Source: the human T2T-CHM13v2.0 reference genome, Homo sapiens. From it: a stretch of DNA of 64,000 bases. The stretch lies in the NCBI RefSeq assembly GCF_009914755.1, contig NC_060931.1. One strand, given 5' to 3'. Each line of letters begins with the position of its first letter. Within the stretch, counting starts at the first letter, position 1. Below are positions 1 through 15,707 of the stretch, one piece after another. The notes under the pieces are model-generated. The model did not search any database. It was not told the DNA's origin and was given only the letters and a program-made list of their open reading frames with translations. The position numbers and the translations under genes are program-made.

Positions 1-2879
<2,879 letters not shown>

Positions 2880-3699
2880 AATTTGTTTAAGACCTTTCAC
2901 TTTTGGCAATAAAATCTACAAATTTATTTTTATTAACAATAGTCTTTATCATTATCTTTGACTCTACCATGTATAGTTCAAAAACTCAAGTTATGCTCTT
3001 CCATAACTTAGTTGATGTAACCCTATGGGTTCTGAATGAAATTCAGAAAATAGTGACTCTGAAGAGTAAAATGAATATTATCCTGAAACACCAAACTAAG
3101 TATCTAGTAATGACTTAGAGTCTTGAAACATATCTGAAAATGTGTCAGAAATTAAAGGAATTCAAAACTACAAGAAGAATCAGAAATGTAGACAATTTTG
3201 TTTAGTACAGTAAGTCAAAAATGTAAAGCACTTATTACAGCTCAAAAGCTCATGCCAAATTCTGAATTACCTATGACATAGAAAGCATGTGGTCTTGTAA
3301 GAAAGAGAAATGGAAGAAACAACTAGAGAAGTGTAAAGTTAAGTAGCATTGATAAAATTACCATTAATTTTTCTGCCTTCTAAATTTAGATATACTTTTC
3401 AGAAGTCTATGGGCTTCCAGGAACATCTATTAATAATTCCAGCTATTCCCTACAACAGTCCTCTCAACTATTTCCTCTAATCGTTAATTTCAACATATTT
3501 TATTTCAATTTCAAGACTGTACTTTATATTTTAATCAAATTTTTATGTTATGAAGAAAACATTCACATTGTCAAAAACTAAAAAAATACACAAATTTCAA
3601 GTAGAATATTTAAACAATTTATGCTTCTTTAACCAACATAAAAAAATTTCAAAATTTGACATATTTCCTCTCTTTTGTATTTGTTAGTGCTTTATTTAT

Positions 3700-4250
3700 A
3701 CTTTATATGTTATATTATAGTTTGCTATTTTTATTTTAACACTTTTTCTGAGTATTTCTCATGCCAAAATTTTTTTATGAACAGCATGCATAATGTCAGC
3801 ATAAGCTTCTTATTAAATGAAAAGACCATTCTTTGAGGATTTTTTTATTGTTTATTTTTGTTGAGAAGAAATTTCATATCTACATAATACAGTGGTCTTT
3901 TTATATTTATATTTGTACACATCTCAGATCACTATTTGATTCTTAGGGATATAATTACAGGTATTAAGGATATGCCCATTTTTTAAAATCTTTTTTTATT
4001 ATTATATGAAAGTTGTACTATTTCATACTGCTTGTTGCAATGTACAAAAGTGTCCAATTCACTATACCTTTACCGGAATTGAGGATCATTGTTTTTATTT
4101 TTCTGGGTTTTTCTGACTTCATGAATGAAAACTAGTATTTTATTGTTTTCAATTGATTTTCTTTCAACTGTTTATCATATTTTGGATATTTGTTAGTAAT
4201 TTGTTGTTTTTTTTTTCTTATTTCGGTCTAGACTCTTTTTCTGTTGAGGT
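3700..4250 (-). mobile_element. Highly decayed old L1M fragment
   Basis: T-rich sequence with remnant L1 antisense motifs (gttgtactatttcatact, aagtgtccaattcactatacc). Boundaries approximate. Confidence 0.4.
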
Positions 4251-4322
4251 GTTTGTGCTCTGCTAAGTTTTATTACTTTTTTACTATCTAAAAGTAACAT
4301 ACACTATCTAAAAGTAAATGTG

Positions 4323-4362
4323 GTCTACGGCCGTATCACTCTGAACACACCCGATCCCATCT
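4323..4362 (+). pseudogene. 5S rRNA 5'-fragment retropseudogene (nt 1-40), no poly(A) tail
   Basis: GTCTACGGCCGTATCACTCTGAACACACCCGATCCCATCT vs human 5S GTCTACGGCCATACCACCCTGAACGCGCCCGATCTCGTCT: 33/40 identical, all differences transitions. Flanked by the direct repeat AAAAGTAAA(TGT/CAT). Confidence 0.9.
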
Positions 4363-5999
4363 AAAAGTAAACATTCAATATTTACTTCAAATGTTAATAT
4401 CAAATAGTTCAAATATTACTTTTACTGTATTTAACATTTGTAATAATTTAATATGTACTTGCTATTGATTAGGTTTTAAATATGGCTGCCCCAAAGAAAG
4501 AAAGTCATCATCATTGCATCTGAACATTGTAGAATGAGTAATTCATTCTACATTTGTGAGGATAGTAAATTCTAATCACAGAGTGCAGATCTGTGTTAGT
4601 TTCAGTGTTATTTTGTGGCATTTGTTGACATTGTCCCTACATGTTAAAATTCATGTCTTTATATTTTAAGCCCCATTTGTATTCTATCGAATTCATGCCA
4701 CGCAAGCTACTTTTACTGCAGACCTAAGTATATAATGGTAAATAAAATGTCTACAAAAAAAGAATGCTCATGGGTGAATATAGGCTAATAAAGCTTGACA
4801 ATGGACAAATTTGAAGGCACAGTTCAACCTACCTCTAAGAAATGTTCAGTGGATAAACTCAGATCTCCAAATTACACTGTGGATCACCATTATCCTGCCT
4901 CCCCCTTCATTTCCTTTCTTCTATTGAAGGAATAGACAGAAATAATCTCAAAATAACATTCTTCTTTATCTCATTGCAAATAATTTATGTGAAGAAAACA
5001 AATGATAATATGAATTTTATGGAAGAATCTAAAAACATATATGCCTGAGAGAACAAACAAAGTCGTATAAGACTCAAATAAGACACAGATCAGTCCTACC
5101 ATTACATCTAATTATGATCTCTAAATTTCTTCACATGTAAATATGTCTGTGGTTTTATAATATACCCACTGTATTTGGTTTTCTGTACACGTAGGTGTAA
5201 TTTGCTGCTGTTGCAGCAAAATTCTTGTCATGGGTCAGCAGACCGTATTTAGTAAATGCCAGTGTCAAGTCAGTAAGACATCATTGGAATTGTTATTATA
5301 AAATGGTCAGTGCTACTCAGTCTTTATCCTATTCATTTTGTACAGCGTCCACTGAACTCTCTGCATTCACTGGAAAGGAGATATTTTTCACAGCAGAGCC
5401 TTAATGAAATCCAAAACAAGATGAGTCTCAACCAAGGCAACCAAGGAGACCTGATTACAGGGGACCTGTGAACTTCATGTTAGAGAAAGATAAGGAAATA
5501 CTGAAAATGATTTGTAATTTTTCTCTTTATTTTAAATATTTATTAAGATGAATTGAATACCATACTCCATAACTGTTTAAATCAATGTTAATGTTCTTTA
5601 ACAATTCACTGACATGTACTTTCCATACGTAATATACCAGAAAACAACACACAAAAAATTGTTTCTTATTTATTCCAAGAAAATTTTAAACACTTAGCAT
5701 TTAAAATAAGAAAGCCAACAACCAAGTTGCAAGGCTTTATTTAATGTTTGTATGTGAAGATAGAAATAACTATAGGAAAATCAGTATTTGAAATGAGAGG
5801 TTATTTATGTGGCATGCACTGATGTTGTCAGGAAGTGATCTTTCAATAAAATGCCTACGTCATTTTATTAATGCCTGACACCTCACTATGAGATGTGTCA
5901 TTTTCTTTTTTTAGTTCATTTTGTTTTAGTTTAAATGAAAGAGAAGCTATCTGCTATCTTCAAATAAGCCCAAATACTTTACTTTGACATATTATGTAC

Positions 6000-6455
6000 C
6001 CACAATACAGTCCTTGCCTGGCTCTTTAACTTCATCATCCATCTTGCTCAAATTTTTTTCTATGCTCAAAGTGATCATATAATATAGTGTCCAAACCTAA
6101 ATATTGGGAGAAAAAGTGACTACTCTTATTAACTATGTTCCTGAGGTCAACAGGTATAAACAATGATGATCCCAGAAAGATCAGGACATTGTGTCTTTTT
6201 CCAGCCGACATGAATCACTTATAATACCCTGAATGCATCACACTGTTCCCATCTCTATGTCATTGATCCTGCTACTCCCTTCGGCTGAACCGCACCCCTC
6301 ATTTTAACACACATGTGTGACAAATTTGCTTCAAGCCCTTTCTGTGCCACTTCTGTGCTTAATGCATGACCTCTCAACATACACATGGTGTGGTGAATAT
6401 ATTGTAAAGTATATCATTTGTCCCTTAAAGATGCCCAATAAATAAATGGATGGAA
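6000..6455 (+). mobile_element. L2 3' end fragment, interrupted by a MER94-like element
   Basis: L2-like pyrimidine-rich tract ending gatgcccaataaataaatggatgga. Confidence 0.45.
6069..6200 (+). mobile_element. MER94-like hAT-Blackjack DNA transposon (MITE)
   Basis: aagtgatcatataatatagtgtccaaacc...caacaggtataaac...gatcccagaaagatcaggacattgtg resembles the recalled MER94 consensus across about 130 bp. Confidence 0.6.
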
Positions 6456-6603
6456 ACATACCTCATGCACTTAGAAGTGCGAGTCATTAATCTCAAATTA
6501 TTAACAAATGTTGCTGGTCTCACTGGGGAAATAGTTTAATGAAGAGAAGAAATGTGGGTATTGTATGCCTTGCAGACAAAGGAAAAGAAGTTATGTTAAA
6601 GTA

Positions 6604-7385
6604 GGAACTCCCATGCACCGTTGGTGGAAATTAGTACTTCCACTATGGAAAACAATATGGAACTTTCCTCAAAAAGTGAAAAATAGAACTACCATATGAT
6701 CCAGCAATTCCATTGCTGGGTATGTATCCAAAGAAAATGAAATCAGTATGTCAAAGAGATATCTGCACCCCCATGTTTATTTTAACACTATTCGCAATAG
6801 CCAAGATATGGAATCAGTTTAAATGCCCATCTACAGATGAATAAAGAAAATGTGAAATATCTATACACACACACACATACACACAATGGAATACTATTCA
6901 TCCATAAGAGAAAATGAAGTCCTGTCACTTGTAGCAACCTGAATGAATCTGGAGCACTTTATGTTAATGAAATAAAGCAGACATAGAAAGGCAAACATCA
7001 CATGATCTCACTTATATTCAGAATCTAAGAAAGTTAATTTCACTAAAACATAGAGTAGAATGGTGATTACCAGAGGCTAGGGAGGGAAGAGGTAAAGGGG
7101 AAATAAGATAAGTTTCTCAATGTGTACAAAGTTGCAGTTAGACAGTAAGAATAAATTCTGGTGTTCTATTGTAAAGTAGGGTGACTACAGCAAATAACAA
7201 TATAGTGTATATCTGAAGACAGTTAGAAGATTTTGAATGTTATCATTAGAAAGAAATTATAAATGTTGAAAGTGATGGATATGGTAATTGTCCAGACCAT
7301 TATACAGTGTATGCACGCATTGGAACATCATGCTGTATAAATATATACAATTATTATGTATCAGTTATACATAAAATATTAATTA
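6604..7385 (+). mobile_element. L1MA-type 3' end (ORF2 C-terminus plus 3'UTR)
   Basis: atagaactaccatatgatccagcaattccattgctgggtatgtatccaaag...gagtagaatggtgattaccagaggct...gggtgactacag, typical of L1MA 3' ends. Confidence 0.85.
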
Positions 7386-8349
7386 GTAAATAAGAGTTCT
7401 GAAAAGCATTAGGCCCAAAGACAAGACTTCACAGTTTTTCAAAGGTCCAGCCCCATCTGAAGCTATTGTAAGATTCTAGGAATTGTTTTATTCTTGGAAT
7501 GAAGGATTTTGTTTTAATTGGGTGAGCCTAGTACTCATTCTGCATGTAGAATGTTTTCTAAATTAATTTTTTCACCCCCTTTATCATCTAAAAGCATCTA
7601 AGGTAATGTAATTTCCAGCAATTTAAAAACAACTGACTTCAATTCAACTGGCCTTATTTCATGCCTTTAAAAAAATTAACCGTTATCACAGCTCAATGTG
7701 CCAAGTGTCAACCTTATCAAATTTCTCAGTGCACAAGAAAATGAACATAATTGCTTCCTCTTTATGGTATGTTGTACATAATTGGCTTCCTATCACAAAG
7801 CAGCTGGAAGATATTCACAAAACCTGAGAGAAGTTTGCATTTGCATGCAGATCACAGACTCAAAATGCGTATTTTCACTTTAATGTAAGTTGGGCCAAAA
7901 ACAAAAATGAAATTTCTGTTGATATAAAGAAACTAACAAAATAAATAGAAAAAAATCAATTCTTTTGAAGAATTTTTTTTATTTCTTATAAATAAAACTA
8001 TTGAGGTCAACTCTATGAAGTCTTTTTGACATTTTCTATTTCTATTCATGTAATTGCAACTGCATGTCACCTCAGATGTTTAACATAATTAGGAGTGTTC
8101 GTATTGATATTTATATTTTTTCTATACCAAATACAAACCAATGTGGAACATCAGTGACAATACAAATATCATTTATTTAACTAAAATGTATCGAGCACTT
8201 GTGGTTTGTGAAGTCTCCTGAATGAGAGCTCTGACCTTTTATTTGATTGACTATACCCTCTTCACTCAACTACTAGCATGCTCTAGGTACCTCGGACAGA
8301 CACAGATGAACTCACCTTTGTGACAGTCAGGAAAATTTACCATTCACAT

Positions 8350-8660
8350 GTGCTATGGGTGTATCGATATTAATTTCCTACCTTTTATAATTGCACTGAG
8401 GTTATATGAAAGAATGTACTAGTTTATAGGAAGATACACTAAAGGATTTAGAAGTAAAGAGGAAGCATGTCTGGAAGTTATTCTCAAATAGTTCAGAAAA
8501 AGATAGTTATACATAATAAAGAGAAAGTAGGCGAGAGAAAAGATACTACAAATATTATAAAATGTTAACATCTGGGAAATTCACTTAAAGTATCCATGGG
8601 AAATCTTAGTAATATTATAACTTTTTATAAATGTGATATATCAAAATAAAAAGTTTTGTA
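8350..8660 (+). mobile_element. L1MC-type 3'UTR fragment
   Basis: attaatttcctacc...tactagtttataggaagatacact...ttctcaaatagttcagaaaa...tatcaaaataaaaagtt. Confidence 0.6.
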
Positions 8661-9734
8661 AAGATGAGCCCCAAGTGGTAGTCAGAAACATATTTTCTTA
8701 ATATCATTTAATTTGGGGCACAGGAGACAGATGACCTTCATTCATTACTTTTGTCAAAAATATACATTATAACATTGTTACTGTTGTAATCTAGGCTTTG
8801 ATCAATGATTTAATAAATAAAAACTATAGCTAAATAATTATAATTTTTTAAAATAGAAAATCTTATAATAATTAAAAATGTAAATATAAAATAAATCAAT
8901 AAATCCGCAAATAAAAATCTATTCTTGGTTATTATCTTCAGATAAGTCAAGATCCCAACTACCAGGATAATCTTTAATCAATAAGCATATATTAGATGTG
9001 GGCAATTCTGTGTGTGTGTGTCCACGTGTTGAGTGAAATAGACACAGAGACTGTGATTAAACCATAGTGTTTGTATTTTTTCTTCTCTTTCTGAGCTTTT
9101 GTACTGTAAGCTTTTGGTAATATCTTTTGGCACCATGGAGATATAACTAGAATACTTAACCATGTTGGCATCCACAAAACAGATGACTATTAAAATTACA
9201 TAAACTAGAATCAAAATAGGAAAAGGGTGAAGACAAAATTGTGTAAGAAAAAGACATCGCAAAATTTAATCAGCACACTATTCGCTAAATAGCATAACTT
9301 AATTCAGGAGAACAACACAGAAGAAATGACCACAAAAGAAGATTTCACTCTGGGTTTCTGTCTCTTAATTGGGGAGTGCAAAAGGACTTCCTCAATTCTA
9401 ACTCTCAAGTAGCCAAAATGTGCCTATACTTGTAATTTCTATAGAAAACACTGTAGAACTGACACACTGCTCCATGCTATCAGTTCTCAATATGTGTGTT
9501 CATACAGACATGAAGTGTCCTTGAAGTTATGAAGTGTCCCTGAAGTCACAGTATGACTAAAGTGGGAAAAAAATGTGATATTATTCAATGAAAAGAAAAC
9601 CTGGCAGTTTGTGAAAATGATATTGAGTGTGCAATATGGAGATAAAAAGAGAGAAAGTCTTTACAGATGTAACAATCAAAATTAGAGAAGTTAATTGTAG
9701 ATTTCCTACTTAAACAGTATGGATCAGTGAATAC

Positions 9735-10141
9735 TCTCTGTGCTACCCAGATTCTTCTTAAAACTAAAGGATATATCCCTCTAGCTGCTGGCTAATAGAT
9801 CATATAAATCAGTCCTCTCTGCTAATTTCCCTCTGCTGAAAAGAGTCACCTTCTTCAAAGAAACATGCTCATCCTAGAGGCAGGCTGCATTCATGCAAGA
9901 AGACTGGTTGATTTAGCCTTCTTCTTGCTCTATCAGGTCAACTCTAGAGGCTAATTCAGTTTCAAGGTTCCCATGGGTTAGCTAAGGCTTTGTTTTTACT
10001 GCACTTCCACCCAATTTCTAATCTGCCCATTCTTGCTCTATTCCATTTATCGTAGGTATTGATTCCAAGAACTCACATCAATAAATCTCCTGCATGCTAA
10101 TGTATGTCTTGAAGTCTGTTTTCCTAGAACCCCAAGCTACA
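9735..10141 (+). mobile_element. LTR16-family ERVL LTR
   Basis: Ends caataaatctcctgcatgctaat...gtctgttttcctagaaccccaagctaca, matching the LTR16 3' end. Confidence 0.7.
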
Positions 10142-10720
10142 TTGGTTGGTAATAAATAATGTGGTTAAAGAAGGCAGATTCTAAGATAGAATTTTGGACC
10201 TGGATCACCTGTAGCCTGCCTAGCAATGAAGACCTCATCAGCGGTGATAGATGGAGAACAGATACACCTTGGAAACAGGTAGTGATCTAACTTCACATTT
10301 TTCACTAATGTTACGCTAAGATGGAATACTAATGAAATGCAATGTGCTGATGGGTAACATGTATAAGGTGGTTGAGAAACAATATAGGGTGTCCAGAGAT
10401 AAGAGCAATCAGCTAAGGGAGGAATGGGACTAGATAATGAAGAAGCTGCAGGGCCTAACCAACTTGTAAGGGCAGGGGTCATGAGAGTATAAATGGGACA
10501 GAATTCTGAAGGTGCTAGATTCAGAAAGAGAGAAGAACAGAAAGTTAGACAAGAAAGAGTTTATCAAGTTGGAAATACTCTCCCAGTGGAGGATTTTACA
10601 TCCTGACAAAGATCCTCAAAGATATCCAAAACATGTTTTGAGGATGGCTCCTGGAAGTTTGAAGAAAGCAATGTCCACATCAAATGAAGAAAAAATGCCA
10701 CAACCACCATGACAAACGAT
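10142..10720 (+). mobile_element. ERVL internal fragment (ERV3-16A3-int-like; leader and gag remnant) directly after the LTR
   Basis: gaaggcagattctaagatagaattttggacctggatcacc follows the LTR. ORF 10512 (LDSEREKNRKLDKKEFIKLEILSQ) resembles ERVL gag. Confidence 0.6.
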
Positions 10721-11101
10721 GGGAAAATCAGACCAGCCTCTGAATTTCCTTCTTTTGGTTGCCCAGTTCCACAAAGATACATGAATCCTGCCAAGATAAT
10801 TTAGAGATAATCTGGTCTAAACTATTTTATACACATCACAAAAAGTGTTACTTAACATCCACTTGACAATAAAACTAGAAAGTGTTACCTATACTGAAAT
10901 ATATGTGCTACAGTGAAACAAAATCAGCCCGTCTTAAAAATAATATTTCTTTTTAAGTAGAGTATATTAAGAATTTTTTGGTAAATTAGATAATCAACCA
11001 ACAAACCAATATTCTGTTATAATTAGGATTTATTGGGATTTATTACACACACATACAAAGGAGGTATTTCTCAAAAGCTTAAATCCGTTATTCTTCTGGC
11101 G

Positions 11102-11124
11102 AAAAAAAAAAAAAAAAAAAAAAA
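11102..11124 (+). repeat. Pure poly(A)23 tract
   Basis: Read directly. Confidence 0.95.
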
Positions 11125-11578
11125 GCTGTTCCTTTGCCAAATTCCCCCTTTGCTGTAGTTAGCCAGCCAGAAAGTAATATGTGTCAATGTCTTCTTATTG
11201 AAAGGATTAGTGTGAATACAAACAGAACTGAGGATTCTCTATTTCCTCCACGCATTCATGTTTCTTAACTTTGTGACATTTTGAAACCCTCCAGTAAGAG
11301 TTTTGAATGTGAAGGTGAAGGTGATGATTGAAGAGCCAAAGTACAATATCGGTGCCAGAAATACAGGAAAGCTATAGAGTGTAAGATGATAAGGGTTTCA
11401 GGGATACTCATATCTCTCACCTCTGGTAGCTTACTAGGCAGAAGTATAATCAGTCATCAGATTCATCAGCCTTAGGTCACAGAGAAATTTCTTCAGACCA
11501 ATGGCTGAAGAAGCTTGAGAGAATTACTAGACCTGAGTGGGCCTATAGAGTTTTAACCATCCATCTCACCTCCAACAA

Positions 11579-11579
<1 letters not shown>

Positions 11580-11623
<44 letters not shown>

Positions 11624-11655
11624 TAGAGAGGGAGAGAGAGAGAGACATACACACC
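11580..11655. repeat. (CA)n/(GA)n compound microsatellite
   Basis: Read directly. Confidence 0.95.
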
Positions 11656-11847
11656 TCCAACTAAAGGAAGGTGAAGGCTAAACCATTTAGAGTAAATAAT
11701 TATCTGCCCTCCACTGCTAAAGAATTGATATATTTGAATTGTCATCTACTTTTAGATTTTTTTAATATACTTAAATGTCTTATTAGAAATAACAAGATAT
11801 TTATGCCTTCTTTTCAGCTATTCCTAATTATCTTTAAGTCTTAATGA

Positions 11848-12216
<369 letters not shown>

Positions 12217-12534
12217 TTATATCAAGATAATTTGGGATTACTGAGATTAACTTCAATAATCAAGCATGTCCCATTCCAGAGATGACCATGTTGGTGTCTG
12301 TTCTGCAGGGAACTGGATGGACTAGATAACATTTGGTAATCTGAAGATCAACCTAGTTTTAGTGTTGGCATTGGAATTTATGATTTTTCATCTGTCTCTT
12401 GAATTAAACTTTATCCTTTAATACATTCAAATGATGAAGAGGATTAAAATATTTTAATTAACTGCCTTATTATTTGGGAGGCAAATATTTACCTAAGTTT
12501 TATATATTGATTTGAAATAAATGTTTGGATTGGA

Positions 12535-12780
12535 TGGTTTAGTGATTAAGTTTGTAGTCTGGTGGATAACAGCACAGATAAGATGGGAAAATGAGACTGC
12601 TGGTTGTGAAACCTCAGACAAATTATTGCAACTCTACATGCCTCATTTTCCTTGACCACAAAATAAGATCATAATAGTTCTTAATTAATAAAGTTGCTAT
12701 AAGTATTAAATGAATTAATGTATGAAAGCACTTAGTCTAGTGCCTTGAACATAGGGAATGTTCAATAAATATTATAATTC
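12535..12780 (+). mobile_element. MIR SINE
   Basis: MIR core tgcctcattttcct...aaaataagatcataatagt...attaaatgaattaatgtatgaaagcacttag...tgccttgaacatag. Confidence 0.8.
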
Positions 12781-12844
12781 ATTCCTTAATTTGAAGAACA
12801 TGAAGATTAGAGGTCGTGCTCCTATGTGTTTAATGGGAGGTAAC

Positions 12845-13030
12845 AAATAATTATTGAGAAGCCACTGTGTGTTTAAATTCTATCACTCTCTTTTCTACAT
12901 TCAGAATTTATTGGTTCCTTAATACAGATGCAGAAACTGTCAAAGTATCACAGAGAAGTAGGTAGATCAATAAGGATTCAACCCCAGGTCTTTCATAGAG
13001 CAAAACCTTTACTATTTTACCATTTCACAA
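12845..13030 (-). mobile_element. MIR fragment
   Basis: tacagatgcagaaactg...aggattcaaccccaggtct. Confidence 0.55.
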
Positions 13031-13308
13031 TATCTTTCAAATTATGTTTGAGGTGGGCATGGAAACTACCATGGATTGAGAATCTTTAAGTGCTATATTT
13101 TCTTGGATATAAATTTCAAAATCATACATTTTTTTTAAATGTCTTCCCCATGACAGACAGTTTTACCTCGAGGGTCAACTAAAATCAAACAAAAATGCAA
13201 GCAGAAGTGTTGTGGCTTCTGTAATGTGCCATTATTATTTGTTCCTCTTTTCACCATTTTGCCTCAGAAAAAAAAAAAATGAAAATAAGAAAAATGGGAG
13301 GGTGGGGC

Positions 13309-13318
13309 CAAGATGGCC
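13309..13318 (+). promoter_or_regulatory. YY1 motif at the L1 5' end
   Basis: CAAGATGGCC at the canonical position near the L1 start. Confidence 0.7.
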
Positions 13319-14621
13319 AACTAGAAACAGTGGCCTTCGGAGGCTCCCATCAGAAAAACCATAATAAACGTGTGAATCCTTCACTAGCAATCAGGGTATC
13401 CAGGTTCTCTCATCAGAACAGACTAGGAGGCTGGAATGACCCATAGAGAGAAGGAAGAACAATGTGGTGTGGCAGGCCACCTAAGAGCCACACGGGCAGA
13501 GGAGCCCCCTTCCCCCAGCCAAGGGAGGCAGTGAGTGAGTGTGCTACCTAGCTGGGGAAACCATGCTTTTTCCACAGAACTGTGCAACCCACGGATCGGA
13601 AGTTCCCTCTCACAAACCCATGCCACCGAGGCCTAATGTCCCAACCCCAGAAGGTGCTGATTCTTAACAGTCTCTCAGCTGGAATCTGCTTAAGCCTACT
13701 GAACTCCTGGAGGAAGGGGCAACCAGCACCATGGCTGCAGCTGCCCACTGTCTAAACCATTTGAACTACTTGGGAGAGGGACAGCAGCCAGCACTGGAAC
13801 TCACTACTGCCTAACACGCTAAGCTCCCTGGGTGGGGGAAGGGCAGCACCCATCTCTAAAGCCCCAGGCTGTGCTTTTCCCCTGCTGGAGCCAGGGAGGC
13901 TGGACGGCTTGGTCCCAAAACTTGTCCCCCACAGCCCAACACACCAGCGGTGGCAGTCTGCGGCCAGAGTGCTTCTTTAGGCCTGACTCTGACCCATCCT
14001 TCCTCATTGGGTGGGGCTTCCCTGCAGGAACTCCAACAACTCCAGCCACAGACTCGGAGACAGAATCCAGATCCCCCTGGGTCTGACCCCCCAGGAGGAG
14101 AGTTGGCCACAGTCTCTGCAGACCAGTAGACTTAGTCTTTCCTCCTGGTAGCTCTGAGGAGTCCAGGCAGCCCAGACAAGTAGATTTCCTCCCAGTGAGG
14201 CACACCCCCTCCACCAAGCGACAAAGTGCTTTGTTAAATGGGCCCTGTTCCCCATGCCACCCAACTGGATGAGACACTCCAACAGGGATTGTCAGACACC
14301 TTATACAGGAGCAACCCTACTGGCATCAGGTTGGTGCCCTTTGACGTCAGAGGTCCCAGAAGAAGGAGCAGGCACCCATCTTTGCTTCTCTCCAGCCCCC
14401 TTGAGTGGCATCTCCAGGTGCAGGAGTAAATCAGATGAATAGGGCCTGAATTGAATCCCCAGAAAACTGCAGCAGCCCTTCAGAGGAGGGACCCGACCAT
14501 TGAAAGAGAAACAAACAAGCAGAAAGCAACAACAACAGCATCAACAATGACAAAAAAGCCACCAAAAAATCCCATCTAAAGGTCAGCAGCCTCAAAGACC
14601 AAAACTAGACAAACTTATGAA

Positions 14622-15644
14622 GAGGAGAAAGAATCAATGAAAAATTGCTGAAAACCCAAAAAGCCAGAGTGCCTCTTCTCCAAATGATTACAATGTCTGT
14701 CCATCAAGGGCACAGAATTAGATGGAGGATCAGATAGACGGATTGACAGAAGTAGGCTTCAGAAGATGGGTGATAAAAAACTACGCTGAGCTAAAGGAGA
14801 ATGTTCTAACCCAATGCAAAGAAGCTAAGAACCTTGATAAAAGGTTAGAGGAATTGCTAACTAGAATAAACAGTTTAGAGAGGAACATAAATGACCTGGT
14901 GGAGCTGAAAAACACAGCATGAGAATTTCACGAAGCATACACAAGTATCAATAGCTGAATCGACCAAGCAGAAGAAAGGATATCAAAGTTTGAAATCACC
15001 TTGCCTTAATAAGGCATGCAGACAAGAATAGAGAAAAAAGAATGAAAATGAATGAATAAAGCCTCCAAGAAATATGGCACTTCATAAAAAGACCAAAACT
15101 ACGATTGATTGGAGTACCAAAAGGAGACAGGGAGACTGAAAATACAAGCTGGAAAACACACTTCATGATATTATCCAGGAGAACTTCCCCAACCTAGCAA
15201 GACAGGTCAACATGCAAATTCAGGAAATACAGAGAACACCATTAAGATACTCCATGAGAAGATCAACCCAACACACGTAATCCTCAGATTATCCAAGGTC
15301 AAAATGAAGGAAAAACTGTTAAGGGCAGCCAGAGAGAAAGGTCTGGTCCCCTACAAAGGGAAGACCATCAGACTAACAGTGGACCTCTCAGCAGTAACTC
15401 TACAAGCCAGAAGAGATTGAGGGACAATATTCAACATTGTTAAAGAAAACAATTTTCAACCCAGAATTTCATATCCAGCCAAACTAAACTTCATAAGTGA
15501 AAGAAAATAAAATCCTTTACAGACAAGCAAATGCTGAGGGATTTCATTACCAGCAGGCCTGGCCTGCAAGAGCTCCTGAAAGAAGTACTAAACATGGTAA
15601 GGAAAAGCCGGTACCAGCCACTGCAAAAACACACCAAAATATAA
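14622..15644 (+). pseudogene. L1 ORF1 remnant (start codon mutated, multiple stops)
   Basis: ORF 14722-14922 MEDQIDGLTEVGFRRWVIKNYAELKE...; ends caaaaacacaccaaaatataa. Confidence 0.85.
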
Positions 15645-15707
15645 GGACCAATGACACTATGAAGAAACTGTATCAACTAGTGTGCAAAATAACCAAATAG
15701 CAGCATG

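Noticed and set aside
4323-4362. Functional 5S rRNA gene
   Set aside because: Only 40 of about 120 nt; lacks the internal A/C-box promoter and the terminator.
13423-14442. Dense overlapping ORFs on both strands in a GC-richer block
   Set aside because: This is the L1 5'UTR. Higher GC gives fewer stops, and no protein similarity was recognised.
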